Source of the DNA: Octopus vulgaris
Lineage: Eukaryota
Length of the DNA: 64,000 nt
NCBI GenBank assembly: GCA_951406725.2
Contig: OX597834.1
Location: 41,788,001-41,852,000 of the forward strand
Direction: 5' to 3'
Shown here: piece by piece, positions 39,318 through 52,659 of the stretch
Position numbering within the stretch: the first letter of the stretch is position 1
Layout: the number at the start of each line of letters is the position of its first letter
Position numbers and translations under genes: made by a program
The notes under the pieces: model-generated
The model's input: the letters and a program-made list of their open reading frames with translations, nothing else
Told to the model about the DNA's origin: nothing
Databases searched by the model: none

Positions 39318-42300
39318 ATGTTGCACATGAACAACAGCTATATATAAATAGAGGTCGATAGAGCCATGCCACAGTTTCGTGCAGTCAGTTTTGTGGTTAA
39401 CTGTAGACATGTTTTTCATACGTAGTTGACCAGAAGAAATCGGGGCTTAGTCCTTTAGCGTTTGGGTTGCTCTGTCAAACGTAAAGCTTATTCCTTCACA
39501 TCATTCTGAATTAACCGTGTATTATCTTGTAGCTTTGAGATTTCAATGATGAGATTATTTATTTTTAAAATGACATTGTTGGGTGGATGTGAGAGGACTG
39601 ATCTGGCCCGTTTGTACATGGAACAGGTAAAATATTCATGGAACATGACATGGAACAGGTAAAATATTCATGGAACATGGAACAGGTAAAATATTCAGGC
39701 CGGATATGGCTAGTTTGAGTGCTAAAGGATTAAATTATGTAATCTCTATCATAGATTAACATACATTGGACATTGTGTACACGTATAACCGTTGTCTAGA
39801 AATCACCTGATGGTTGTAAATGAGCATCACTGTCATACAAGAGGGGCTGTTTGTTTTCTGGTCTTTCATGAAAAACATGTCTAACTATGGGGAAATGTTA
39901 CCTTGTTTGGAAAGAGGTAGGGGTTGATGCCATAAGAAAGCTTCCCTCAACAAATTCAGGCTGACCCAAGCAAGCACAGAAAAGTGGACATTCAATGATA
40001 ATGATGGTGAGATATTTATGTGCGTGCATGTATGTGTGTATCATCATTGTCGTTTTTGTTTTGTTTTGTTTTTCTGCTTTTGATGGGTTTTTTTCTCTTT
40101 TATTTTTCCACAGAAAAAAAGAAGGTAAAAATCACGTGTTATACTTAATCAACTAACAAATGCTGGAATAATAGTTTGGTACTTTATTATCGACAGCCAA
40201 TATTTTTAGTGCGTGCATCATCATCGTCGTCGTTTAACGTCTGCCTTGCATGCTGGCTTGGGTTGGACAGTTTGACAGGAGCTGGCCAGGCAGGGACCAG
40301 CACCAGTCTTCTGTGTCTGTTTTGGCAGGGTTTTTACAGCTGGATGCCCTTCCTAACACCAACCACCCAGCAGAGTGGTAGGCAGAAACTGAAAGAAGAC
40401 CATCATGTATGTGTGTTTGTGTGTGTCTGCATTTGTCCCCCACCACAACTTGGCAACCAGCATTGGAGTGTTTACATCCCCATAACTTAGCGGTTTGGCA
40501 AAAGAGCCCGACAGAATATGTACCAGGCTGAAAAAAAAAAAAAGAAGTACTAGGGTCAACTGATTGAATTTAAAACTTTTCAATACACTGCTCCAGCATG
40601 GCCACAATCAAATGACTGAAACAAGTATAAAGATAAATAATAAGATAAAGCCTTTCTTTTAGGAGAGAAATTTAAAGGGGACAATAAGAACCTCACTTTA
40701 CAACCACGTGGCTTTGGGTTCAGTCCCATTGTGCGACACCTTGACCATGTGTCTTGTACTACAGTACTGAACTGACCAAAGACTTGCGACTGAATTTGGT
40801 AGGCAGAAGTTCCACCGTGTGTATATATATATGCATGAAAGTGTTTGTGGCCCCTTCAATAAATAGAAGTGTGTGTGTGTGTGTGTCTCTCTCTCTCTCT
40901 CTCTCCCATTGTTCAGTTTTATTTCAAGATTTCTTGCCAGTAGAGAAAGACCCGGCTTCTACCCTAGATCTAAGGTTCCTTCATTAGGGTTTCAACATCA
41001 ACAACAGGGTACTTTCGTTTGCGTGTGTGTGTGTGTGTGTGTGCATGCACATACTTATGTATGTATATGTGTAGATTTGTAAGTCTTGCTTTAGCACATA
41101 TGTACGTACATGCGTATTCATGTATGTATTTTGCATGGCACCAGTGCAGGTGGCACGTAAAAAGCACCCACTACACTCACGGAGTGGTTGGCGTTAGGAA
41201 GGGCATCCAGCTGTAGAAACATTGCCAGATAAGACCGGAGCCTGGTGCAGCCTTCTGGCTTCCCAGATCCCTGGTCGAACCGTCCAACCCATGCTAGCAT
41301 GGAGAACGGACGTTAAACGATGATGATGTATATACGCAAGTGTATATGTATCTTTGTGTTTGGCCCCCACCACTGCTTGACAACCAGTGCTGGTTTGTTT
41401 ATGGCCCTATTACTTAACAACTCTGCAAAAAGAGACCGACAGATTGAACAGCAGATGTAGAAATAAATTCTAGAGTCCTTGTTTAACACCAGACAGGTCA
41501 ACCCCAACTCGATTGAGCAGATCTACACTAAAAAGAGTGTAAATCTACTCAGTCAGGTCAGGACTGACCTACCTGGGGCTAAACAACAATTTTAAGTGGA
41601 AGAAAAGAAAGTATGGAGATGTGATATAATCTAGTTTGCTGGTTTTTATTGATTGAGTTGTAGACACGACAATCAATACAAATAGATTTTTATATGAAGT
41701 CAATACAGCACTTTGTGCCTTGTGTGCAACAAAACCTATTGAGTAGTAAATAGCTATACCCCTCCCAGTTTAACATTAACATCTGGTCCTTGAGTATTTC
41801 GTCTTCTTTTCTTCTATTTTTATCGAACTATGAAGCGCAGGATGGGTTAATAACTTAGCATGGTCTACTCTGTTCGCGGATGACAGATATAATCCATCGC
41901 TCGCTTCGAAACCAAACACCTTGGTGGATCAGCCCTCCATGTCTGTGACCTTGTCTTGTCAGGTGATTCTCAACAGGCTTCTCAGATAGTACATGTGGAA
42001 GTGGTTTCGCCGTTTGGCTTGGCATTCATAAACCTTCCAAGTATATACTTTGCACACGTGTCTCTGAGGTAGCAGTACACATCTTTCTCACACAAAAACC
42101 AATGAATGAGGTGTCATTTTTCCAGAACAAGTGGGAATATGAATTGATCCCTTTACGTCGAGGGCATAAAAAAATATAAATGAATTGAATGAATCTTAAT
42201 CTATTTCTTTCTCAACAAAGTTCACAGATTAAATCTGGTCAAGTTTGCATGTCATGTGGGGAAACACGGATGTTAATGTATAGTACGAAGCTTGCTTTCT

Positions 42301-42891
42301 GACCACATGGTTCTGGGTTCAGTCCCACTGCATAACATCTAGGGCAAGTGTCTTCTACTGTAGCCTCAGGCCAAGCGAAAGCCTTGTGAGTGGATTTGGT
42401 AGACAGAAACTGAAAGAAGGTGGCGAGCTGGCAGAAACGTTAGCATGCCAGGCTATATATATGCTACTGGTATTGTTTGCAGACGAACCAAAATGGGCGG
42501 CAAAACACAGGACAGATATAAAGAAAGGATGGACAGGACAGTACTGACCACATGTCATATAATCCCTTTTCTAAGTCTTCTGCTCTGTCACCTGAGAGAT
42601 TCTGTGTCCTGAGATCTCAATCAACCCAATCCTCCAACAATACCCACCGCTTTCCCACCAAACACAAATCATCCATCCACATCGTTTGCTCATATCCATG
42701 AAAACGCTTCATTTCTTCGGCAAACCTATGACAAGCAAAACGGAAGGTGGCAGTGGTGGGGATGTCAGCCTCCCGTAAGGAGACTAGATTAAACGTTGAG
42801 GTTCATCACTTAACCTTCCAGATAGCAATACCCCTGGGGCCCTCAGCCAGTTCTATGATACAAAGACTCCATGTTTTGAAATTTTTATACC

Positions 42892-43219
42892 TCTATATAT
42901 ATAAACGGCAAAATGTCTGTCTGTGTGTGTGTCTTTTATACAAATCCACAATTTTTCAGTTAGAGGGCACGCACTTTCTATGGTCATTCAAAACCATCCA
43001 AGGGTGGTCGTGCACATCTTTACATTTCCCCACTCACCCCGCAAAGCCATTAAAATATCAATAGAAGTGACATTTTTGTGAATTTTCTATCCCAAAACCC
43101 AATCAAAATGCCCGAAACTTGATACGCCAAATGAATGCCAGCTAGCTGTATGTGATTGGTAGGAGATTTGGACAGTACTCGCGTGTCTGCGACCTGGCGT
43201 TGCCGGGTCATAGTGCTTG
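42892..43219 (+). mobile_element. Non-autonomous Helitron (second copy)
   Basis: Similar over about 300 bp to 48075-48427; TCTATATATATAAACGGC start; GACCTGGCGTTGCCGGGTC hairpin; CTTG|T end. Confidence 0.7.
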
Positions 43220-43967
43220 TTAAAATTAAAATCTTCAGTCATAATTTTATGCAATAATCTTTTGTTGTGTTCCAAACACAAAACTAATAATGGTTTCAAA
43301 TTTCGATATACAGCCAGCAAGTTTGGGGGAGGAGGTCAGTCGATTAGATCGACCCCAGTAAGTATTCAACTGGTACTTATTTATCAACTCAAGAAAGGAT
43401 GAATAGTAAAGTCGACCTCGGTGGAATTTGAACTCAGAACACGAAGACGGACGAAATACAGCAAAGCATTTCGTCCAGCTCGCTAACGATTCTGCCAGCT
43501 CACCAAAATTAAACACAAAATATTGAATAATAAAGTTTATTAATTTACTTAGTTCTTCAAATTCTCGAATATTTTCACAATTCATCGAAACATTTGGCAG
43601 CGCGTGTTTGCAATAAATTTGTCCGGTTAAATGTTAAAATATAATGCCTTATATATTGCGACAAATTCCAACGTACGGCAACGTCTAAAGTGAAATATTA
43701 GAATATAAATAATAAGTACTGTGGAGAAGGTAGGTAACTCTTTGCAAAGTAACTTTCAGATATTGATTGTCTTCCTTATATTTCATAATTTGTAGTCATT
43801 ACGACGAAATTTTTTTCAACAAGCGAATTCACGTCTTTTCATCCTTTTGGTGTCGACTAATACTAATTTTGTGTTAGGAACTCAAAAAAAGGTTCTTACA
43901 TAAAATTAGTTAGGTAGGAACTAACGAAAATCAATATAGTCAGGAATTTAAGGACCATAAATATACA

Positions 43968-44363
43968 TATTTCTTTACTGTCCACAAGGGGCTAAACACA
44001 GAGGGGTCAAACAAGGACAGAGAAACGGATTAAGTCGATTATATCGACCCCAGTGCGTAACTGGTACTTATTTAATCGACCCCGAAAGATTGAAAGGCAA
44101 AGTCGACCTCGGCAGAATTTGAACTCAGAACATAAAGGCAGACGAAATACCTATTTCTTTACTACCCACAAGGGGCTAAACACAGAGGATAAACAAGGAC
44201 AGACAAACGGATTAAGTCGATTACATTAAGTCGTAACTGGTACTTAATTTATCGACCCTGAAAGGATGAAAGGCAAAGTCGACCTCGGCGGAATTTGAAC
44301 TCAGAACATAACGGCAGGTGAAATACCGCTGAGCATTTCGCCCGGCGTGCTAACGTTTTTGCC
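43968..44363 (-). mobile_element. SINE family B tandem dimer
   Basis: Two head-to-tail units, junction at 44150. Confidence 0.85.
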
Positions 44364-44947
44364 ATAAATATACCAACAGGGGTTCTACTTTCCACTTTCA
44401 TTATAGGTCTTGAAGTAATAACACAATACATTCAAAAGTTGTGCTTAAACATTCTTTATGCTGATAGCCCAGTTCTCAGGACACAACACAGAGCCAAAGA
44501 TAAAGCAGTGGACGGAGTATAGGGTTGTCCGAGAGTCTAATCACCCCTACCGAAAAGTAACAAGAATAGGGGGCGAAATATAATGCCAAACACATGTAAC
44601 TGGTTTTAGTATATTCATTTTTATTGACACTAACACTGCCACACATCGACAAGGTCTGTTTGAACACCATCATTCTTGTGGCACAAAATGATGCGGCACC
44701 ATGTCCTGTGAGATATTTTATGAAGCTGTTGGTTTCCATACGAACCTTCTCGAGGTTTGACAGTGTTAGACATCGAGAGTGAATATACTAAAAGCAGTAG
44801 ATGCGCTGCTGAAATCAACTTGGCCTTTTATCCATCATGGGGCAATAAAATAAGCATAAATCAATTTTTGAGTCTTGTAAACATCATTTAGAGTAAATAC
44901 ACTTCTGTGTCCTATGAAATGAAACCCTGCATAAAAACTATTACATT

Positions 44948-45350
44948 CTCTTTTACTCTTTTACTTGTTTTAGTCATTTGACTGTGGCCATGCTGGAGCA
45001 CCACCTTTAGTCAACCAAATCGACCCCAGGACTTATTCTTTGTAAGCCTAGTACTTATTCTATCGGTCTCTTTTGCCGTACCGCTAAGTTACGGGGACGT
45101 AAACATACCAGCATCGGTTGTCAAGTGATATTGGTGGGACAAACACACAAACATACACATATATATATACACATATACATATATACGATGGGCTTCTTTC
45201 AGTTTCCGTCTACCAAATCCACTCACAAGGCTTTGGTCAGCCTGAGGCTATAGTAGAAGACACTTGCCCAAGGTGCCACGCAGTGGGATTGAACCCAGAA
45301 CCATGTGGTTGGTAAGCAAGCTACTTACCACACAGCCATTCCTTCACCTA
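44948..45350 (-). mobile_element. SINE family A copy
   Basis: Full-length reverse-complement match. Confidence 0.88.
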
Positions 45351-45730
45351 TTGTATAACAAAATTTTTTTTTTTTTTTCTGTTTTTGGTCAGTAATTTCC
45401 ATTTCCTATTTGCTCTTATCTAGAAATCCAAGGAAACGACTACTATTCCTTTCAAACTTTGCTTTTGTGACCGGGACATCAAAGGCTTGAAACTGACCTA
45501 TTTGCCATTACATTTCACAGATTTGGCGCTAAGTTGCCGAAGCAAGAATATCATTATAGCAAATGTTCTGCTCGACATCACAGATTTGCTTGTCATTTGC
45601 CTGATCTTGGTTTCTCCAGCTGGATGCCATTCCTAGTGCCAACCACTCCACAGATTGTACCAGGTGCCTTTAATGTGTCGCCAGCACAGATGTGTCATTA
45701 GCAGGAAACCAAAGAGTTCCATGTACTTAC

Positions 45731-45845
45731 CTGTTAGATCTAATATCAGATGATTTGATTGGTTGCTCATTGAGCTTGGCCACACGAGGTGGAGCTTGTG
45801 GCTCCGAGTCGGAAGATGTTGAATTATAATATTTCCCCTTGCGCT
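45731..45845 (-). CDS. GNL1: GNL1 coding exon 2
   Basis: Acceptor ttttatttcttgcag, donor AG|GTAAGT; 115 nt, phase 1 in / 2 out; (E)RKGKYYNSTSSDSEPQAPPRVAKLNEQPIKSSDIRSN(R); KLNEQP...NR matches human RLNQQP...NR; phases join exons 1 and 3. Confidence 0.9.
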
Positions 45846-45876
45846 CTGCAAGAAATAAAAAAAAACACCATAAATA

Positions 45877-46210
45877 TTGGGTTGTTTGGAAAGTTCGCGC
45901 CGATTTTTAAAGGAAAGAAAAAGGTCAATAAATACTTGCCATTACATTTTTAATCAACCAAATATGAACCATTTTGTTGCACAATGCGTCTCCATATTTC
46001 CTTTAACTTGAAAATACCCTCTTCCCAGAATTGAGGTGGTTTCATGGCAAAGAATTCATCAAGGTATCTTTTTACGTCAGCCAAGGAATTGAAATTTTTA
46101 TCATTAAGAGACCTGGATAAGTGGAAATCCGAAGGAGCAGCACCTGGTGAATATGGAGGGTGGGGTAACACATCCCAGCCGAGCTGCAGCAATTTTTGTC
46201 TGGTTCCCAA
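45877..46210 (-). mobile_element. Mariner transposon 3' remnant (transposase C-terminus plus terminal repeat)
   Basis: TRQKLLQLGWDVLPHPPYSPGAAPSDFHL...FWEEGIFKLKEIWRRIVQQNGSY matches the mariner HPPYSPDLAPSD region; TA + TTGGGTTG terminus at 45875-45884. Confidence 0.9.
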
Positions 46211-46712
46211 AGCATCAAGTACCGAATATTTACTCTCTTATCTTCCATTTTAAAGGGTTATAGAATTAACACAGGTTATAGGAACATAGACCTTCTTCCA
46301 CAAAAAGATAGCTTAAACTGTGCTCTAAATGGAGGTATAGTCAAATCTTCCTCAAGAAACTCTGTTCTGAACACCATCTTAATAATGACTAAGTTATTTT
46401 ACTAAATTCTTTTCAGTAATTTTCGAAATTAACTGAAACAACAGGTATGCAGGTATTTCGATAAAACCTTACTGCGTGGCGACCATTCCATGCATAGTTA
46501 CGGGTTTCCCTTTGGTAAGGTACAGCAGTCGTTCTGCCCCACTGCCAGGGATACGGAGAAATTATGAGACTACAGCATGGCAGATTTTGAAGAGGTAACA
46601 GAAGAGCTCACCTGAGCCAATGGTAGTTCTTACATTGACACTGAACAGAGGAATCCACGAAGGTCAATGGTCAGGATTACCAAGATCTATCTAGAGAGTA
46701 ACGGCAGCACAT

Positions 46713-47290
46713 TCGGAAGGACTTCCACCCCGCCCCCACTCCATTTTCTCCCAAATTTGTTTATTTTTATAATTTTTTTTTGCCCAAAATCCCCATTTTC
46801 AGATACGGAGGTTCCGGAAAATTGCCAAAAATCGGCATTGTGAAATTCCCATCCCCCAACTTCTTCAATTTTGACTTTTTTCCTCAACACTAACCCTAAA
46901 GCCCCAACCCTAACCCTAACCCTGACTGTAAAACCCTAAATTCCTAACCCTAAAACCCTAATCCTAAAACCATAACCGTAAGTACAGAAATGTTTTGAAA
47001 TTTGTGTCCGTATTTTTCGGCATATTTAGAAAAAAAAATTCTTTAAAATGAATTTTACAAATATTTTAGGAATTTATTTTCAGAATCATAATCTCCGTAT
47101 TTTTCCGCATATTTTGGGAAAAGAAATTGTTAAAAAAAGTTTAAAATGAAGGAAATTGGGGTGGGGGAGTTGTAATTTAGAAATGTCGATTTTTGCCAAT
47201 TTTTTGCAGATTCCTATTCACCGTAGCTGTATCGAAAAAGAAAAACAATTTTTTTAAGGGTAGTTTGGGGGTGGAGGGAGTCTTGCCGCA
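46713..47290. mobile_element. Long imperfect inverted-repeat element with internal degenerate (CCCTAA)n
   Basis: About 46713-46870 is an imperfect reverse complement of about 47143-47290; CCCTAA-like array at 46890-46980. Confidence 0.55.
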
Positions 47291-48074
47291 CATTGATAGG
47301 GGTGGAGTCCCTGGTTGTGTAATTGGCTAATGAAAGAATCACTAGGACTCAATTTCCCAATTCTGGTTCATAATAATGAAATTGGACAGCGACACAAAGT
47401 CATGAGAATCCGCCGAAGCAACGGAAAAAGAAACTGAAACAAAAAGCATTGAATTTCAAATGAAATAGACTAACAAATGGTATTTAAAAAATAAAAAAGA
47501 AAAACGTTGAAACTTTTGGAGTTTCTTTTCAGAAGCACAGTCCAAGGGAGGTAATTTCAAAATATGATTATCTCCCTTTGACTATATTTGATCGTCTTCA
47601 CGAATTTCAGTGAAATTAAGGTGGATTAGAATTTAGGTTGAGCCGGAGATAATACCGGGTTTCTTCTAATGATTTGCTTAGTTTAATGAGAGAGAGAGAG
47701 AGACGCCCGTCTCTTAAGGGGTGCATCGGACGGCACTTCTTCCCTCTCACTATTTACAGTGATACACTTATTTTGGAAATCCACTTATAGCATTATTACA
47801 AATGATACGATGACAGCCAAGTGTCGAATGGGGGTCGGTGTGCGAAAGACCAGCTCACCCAGATGAACTGCTTGGAATACTTAGTCAGCGCCCGCCATGC
47901 CCACCCCTCACACTCATGTTGTCAATCTCAATAAAAGATATTCCAGCAATATGAGGCGTTTTGCACATTTTAGAACCATGAAAACAATTTCATAAAAATT
48001 GAAAGTTTAATACTGTATACGTGGTTTTAAATGCAAAAAGTGTGTCATCTTCAACAGAAGTTCTTAATTTGTCA

Positions 48075-48427
48075 TCTCTCTCTATATAAACGGCAAAATG
48101 TCTGCGTGTGTGTCCTTTATACAAATCCACAATTTTTCAGTAAGACGGCTTGTACTTTCTATGGTCATTCAAAGCCGTCCAAGGGTGGCCGTGCACATCT
48201 TTACATTTCCCCAGTCACTCCGCAAAGCCATTAAAAAAAATCAATAGAAGTAACTTTTTTGTGAATTTTCTATCCCAAACCCAATCAAAATGCCCGAATT
48301 GAATGCCAGCTAGCTGTATGTGATTGGTCAGAGATTTGGACAGTACTCGCGTGTATGTGCGCATGCACGCAGCTTGTATATGCATGCACTAGCACTATGA
48401 CCCAGTGTTGCCAGGTCATAGTGCTAG
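48075..48427 (+). mobile_element. Non-autonomous Helitron
   Basis: A|TC...TATATAAACGGC 5' end; 3' hairpin and CTAG|T end; no TSD; second copy at 42892. Confidence 0.75.
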
Positions 48428-48740
48428 TATAATATATATTTTAGCTAACATTTTAATTGCCAGCATCAGTACCCAGTATGCATTTAAGATATGGTACGGT
48501 AGGGTAGGGTATTAAGATATTTTAAATGAGGAGGGTGGTCGATGCAGAAGGAGGAGTGGCTAAGGGGGGGGATGCAGAAAGAAAAGTGGCTAAAGGGGGT
48601 CGATGGTCGAAAAAGCTTGGAGACCCCTGGTCTAGAGTTACATAATCGGGCTGTTACCTAACACTTTGTCGAGCCTCTTGTAGAAAACCCATTAGTAAAA
48701 TCGACCGTAATGGATATATGATACTGTACACTTCGATTAA

Positions 48741-48930
48741 TACGTGGTCTGATCATTAAGTATCTGGACTGTTGCTATAGTAACAGAGATGAAGCACGGA
48801 GAGTGAAGCTGGCGCAGATTGACCTTGAACTCTGCTCTGCATCTGCTGCTCTAGGTTTTGACATTCTAGTTCACTTCTGCTGTTTACAGCAGTGCTTGGA
48901 AGGAAGGTGTGTAGCTTTTCCAAGAGTCAA
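48741..48930 (+). mobile_element. Probable mariner-type 5' terminal remnant
   Basis: Begins TACGTGGTCTGATCATTAAGTATCTGGACT, resembling mariner termini; no partner TIR seen. Confidence 0.4.
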
Positions 48931-49233
48931 GACTATTGAAAAGGTTGAAAGATGCAACGAATATTTTAGGAAAATGAAAATAAGAAATAAGTGGATATTT
49001 TATCGGTGACTGTGTTAAATTATAAGGCACAAAAAGAAACTGACTCTCCCCTGACACAACAGAATATTTAAAAGTAAATGTAGGGATAAGCAAATTAGAC
49101 AGATCAATATATAAGGTATATCAATTACATGAAATACAAAAATGTGTATATGTATATAAATATATAAAGGTTTAACTTATACAGAGTACAAATGATATAA
49201 GGGATTAAAGGGGTGAAGGAAAAGAATTACAAA

Positions 49234-49297
49234 TCCAACAGCTGTTTCTAGGGGGCGCAGCAGTCCATAGGATGGGACAAGCCTCCCTCTTCAGGGA
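49234..49297 (-). ncRNA. Minimal type I hammerhead ribozyme candidate (Penelope-like)
   Basis: Minus strand TCC-CTGAAGA-GGGAGGC...GCGCCCCC-TA-GAAA-CAGCTG-TT-GGA; palindromic stem III (ACAGCTGT), short stem I TCC/GGA; 2 extra nt before GAAA. Confidence 0.5.
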
Positions 49298-50384
49298 AAA
49301 GATCTTGCATATGAGATGTTAAAGGAGAGAAGTTCAACGATATATATTTATGTTTATATATGAGTGTATATACATAACACACACATACAAAATCTTCTTC
49401 AATGGATCTCTCTACTCACTATAAATAACAAATTTCTCTAGATGATCACCAAACATAATAGAAATAGAGGCCAAACCTCCCTTACGTTACATCCTAGCAT
49501 CTTCAATAATAAAATGACGTTGGAGAAACACCATCCCCAATGAATTAATAGCTTTACTTTTATCACCTATTTGTTTCAGTCAATGGACTGTAGCCATGCT
49601 GGAGCACCACTTGGAAGAAAGACAAGCCCAGTACTAATATTCTCTAATTCTGCTACTTATTCTATTGGCCTCATTTGCTGAACTGCTAAGTTGCTGGAAC
49701 ATAAGTGGAAAGTGTAACCTCTCGAAAGAGCTGTTCTTCACTCCTGCTCCAGAGCGTCGGCTGCGGGGTCACTCCGAAAAGCTCTACCTGCGACGATTTC
49801 ATCTCAATTGAAGGAGAGGGGCTTTCTCCGTCCGGGTTGCGGATCCATGGAATAAGCTGCCAGACGAGATGGTGAAGATGCCGACGACCGCTCGGTTCAA
49901 AGTCTCCCTTGACCACAAGTGGCCTGAACTCTTTACATGACCACCCTGTACATAACTCCATGTCCCCCTACATGGCCCTGCTTTTTGCTGTTTGAGCCAA
50001 AAAATTAACTAACTAACTAACTAACTAAACAAACAAACACCAGATGTCAAGTAGTAAGAGGACAAATACAAAGACACACACACAAACAAGAGGCTTCCAC
50101 ACAGTTTCCATTTACCAAATTCACTCACAAGGCATTGGTTGACCCAAGGCACTTGCCTCAGGTGCCATGCAGTGGAGCTGAACTCCAAGTCACGTGCCCC
50201 ACCACCCAAAGTGAGCTTCCTGAACACTCAGTCATGCCTGCACCTGAGTGGAAAACAAGTTGGTCATGGCAGGAATGGCTTTGGTCATGGATCAGTTCAA
50301 TCAGATCCAATCAGGGATTAATCAACAACAACAACAATTTGAAAGAATTCAGTTTCCAAACTACAGAAATATTTTTTTCTTCTC

Positions 50385-50800
50385 AAGGCACAAAGCCCAA
50401 AATTTTTGGGGAGGGGACCAGTCGATTAGATCGACCCTAGTACGCAACTGGTACTTAATTTATCGACCCCAAAAGGATGAAAGGCAACGTTGACCTCAGC
50501 GGAATTTGAACTCAGAACATAAAGACAGACAAAATACAGCTAAGCATTTCGCCCAGCGTGCTGACATTTCTTTATTTCTTTACTACCCACAAGGGGCTAG
50601 ACACAGAAGGGGACAAACAAGGACAGACATAGGTATTAAGTCGATTACATCAACCCCAGTGCGTAACTGGTACTTAATTTATCGACCCCGAAAGGATGAA
50701 AGGCAAAGTCAACCTCGGCGGAATTTGAACTCAGAACGTAGCAGCAGACAAAATACCGCTAAGCATTTCGCCTGGCATGCTAACGTTTCTGCCAGCTTGC
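50385..50800 (-). mobile_element. SINE family B tandem copies
   Basis: Two head-to-tail units. Confidence 0.8.
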
Positions 50801-50961
50801 TACCATCAAACTACAGAAATATTGTCCACTAATGAGTATTTCTCCAACATTTTTTAATATTTCGTCAACCCTCAGGGCTAAGATCAACTTCATGCTCATA
50901 ACGTGTCTGAAAATGTTAGGGTAACTAAGAGACCTACCACCATAACAACAAAGAACACCCT

Positions 50962-51159
50962 ATTCTTTTATTCTTTTACTTGTTTCAGTCATTTGACTGC
51001 GGCCATGCTGGAGCACCGACTTTAGTCGAACAAATCGACCCCAGGACTTATTCTTTGTAAGCCTAGTACTTAATCTATCTGTCTCTTTTGCCGAACCTTT
51101 AAGTTACGGGGATGTAAACACACCAGCATCGGTTGTCAAGCGATGTTGGGTGGACAAAA

Positions 51160-51193
<34 letters not shown>

Positions 51194-51361
51194 TTACGAC
51201 GGGCTTCTTTCAGTTTCCGTCTACCAAATCCACTCACAAGGCTTTGGTTGGCCTGAGTACTATAGTAGAAGACGCTTGCCCAAGGTGTCACGCAGTGGGA
51301 CTGAACCCGGAACCATGTGGTTGGTAAGCAAGCTACTTACCACACAGCCACTACTGCACCT
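50962..51361 (-). mobile_element. SINE family A copy
   Basis: Full-length reverse-complement match. Confidence 0.88.
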
Positions 51362-51392
51362 ATGACAAAGATCTGATAGTTACAGTTGGGCT

Positions 51393-51770
51393 GTCATTGT
51401 GTATCTAGGACAACATTAGTCAATGTGTCCTTTGTTGTTATAGCTATTCAAATCCCAAAGCAACCCTGGTCAAGCAGATTTATGATTAGAGAGAGTCCAG
51501 CTGTAGCCAGAAAGTTTCGTCATAGTGTATCTAGGACAATATTAATCAATGTGCCTGTTGTTACTATAGCTGTTCAGCTTCCAATGCATACATGATCAAG
51601 CAGGTTTATGGTTAAAGACAGTCCAGCTGTAACCAGTAAGTCTTCGTCATAGTGTATCTAGGACAACATTAATCAATGTGTCTGTTGTTGTTATAGCTAT
51701 TCAGCAACCAAAGCAAACCTTGTCAAACAGATTTATGATTAAAGACAGTCCAGCTGTAACCACTGAGTCT
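51393..51770. repeat. ~126-bp tandem repeat, 3 diverged copies
   Basis: GTCAT(T/A)GTGTATCTAGGACAA recurs at 51393, 51519 and 51646. Confidence 0.9.
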
Positions 51771-52659
51771 GTGAAATTTTGTAGATGGCACGTAAAAAGC
51801 ACCGACTACACTCTTGGAGTGGTTGGCGTTGGGAAGGGCATCCAGCTGTAGAAACTCTGCCAGATGAAGACTGGAGCCTGGTGCAGCCATCTGGTTCACC
51901 AGCCCTCAGTCAAAATCGTCCAACCCATGCTAGCATGGAAAGCGGACGTTAAACGATGATGATGATGATGATAAGCTGAAAGAAGCTCATCATGTATGTG
52001 TGTGTGTGTGAGCTGATGTCTCCTTGCCTTGACATCCCATGATAGTTGTAAATAAGTGTTAATGTCATACATCAGGGTCCTTGAATTCAAGTCTTCCTAA
52101 GTCACAGGGAAGAATTACCTCACTTGGAAACAAATGAAGATTGGCAACAGAAAATCTACCTCAACAAATTCCATCTGATCCACACGAAACATGGAAAAGT
52201 AGACATTAAAAACACATTAACAAACATCCTGTCCAGTTTCTGACGATAAATTTCACTCGTGAGTCAACCCAAGGTTGTTAAAGACATTTTTCCCAAGGTA
52301 CCATACAGTGGGACTGAACCCAAAATCACATGGTTGCGAAGTGACCTGCTTAACCACACAGTCACACCAACACTTACATGAGATCAAGTGTAGCATCCCG
52401 CTTATGTAAGATAAATGGAACATCAAAACCGATTTTAAAAGCAGGAATGTGAAGACCTTCATATATCTTTGTAAGCCAAGTACTTATTCTATCGGCCTCT
52501 TGCCGAACTGCTAAGTGACGGGGTCGTAAACACACCAGCATCGGTTGTCAAGCGATGTTGGGTGGACAAAAACACACACACATATATATACAAGGCATTG
52601 GTCAGCCCAAGGCTATAGTAGAAGACACTTGCCCATATTTGAGTCTTTAATCAGCAGTG

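Noticed and set aside
46890-46980. True telomere or chromosome fusion site
   Set aside because: Short, degenerate, single orientation, and inside an intron of an intact gene.
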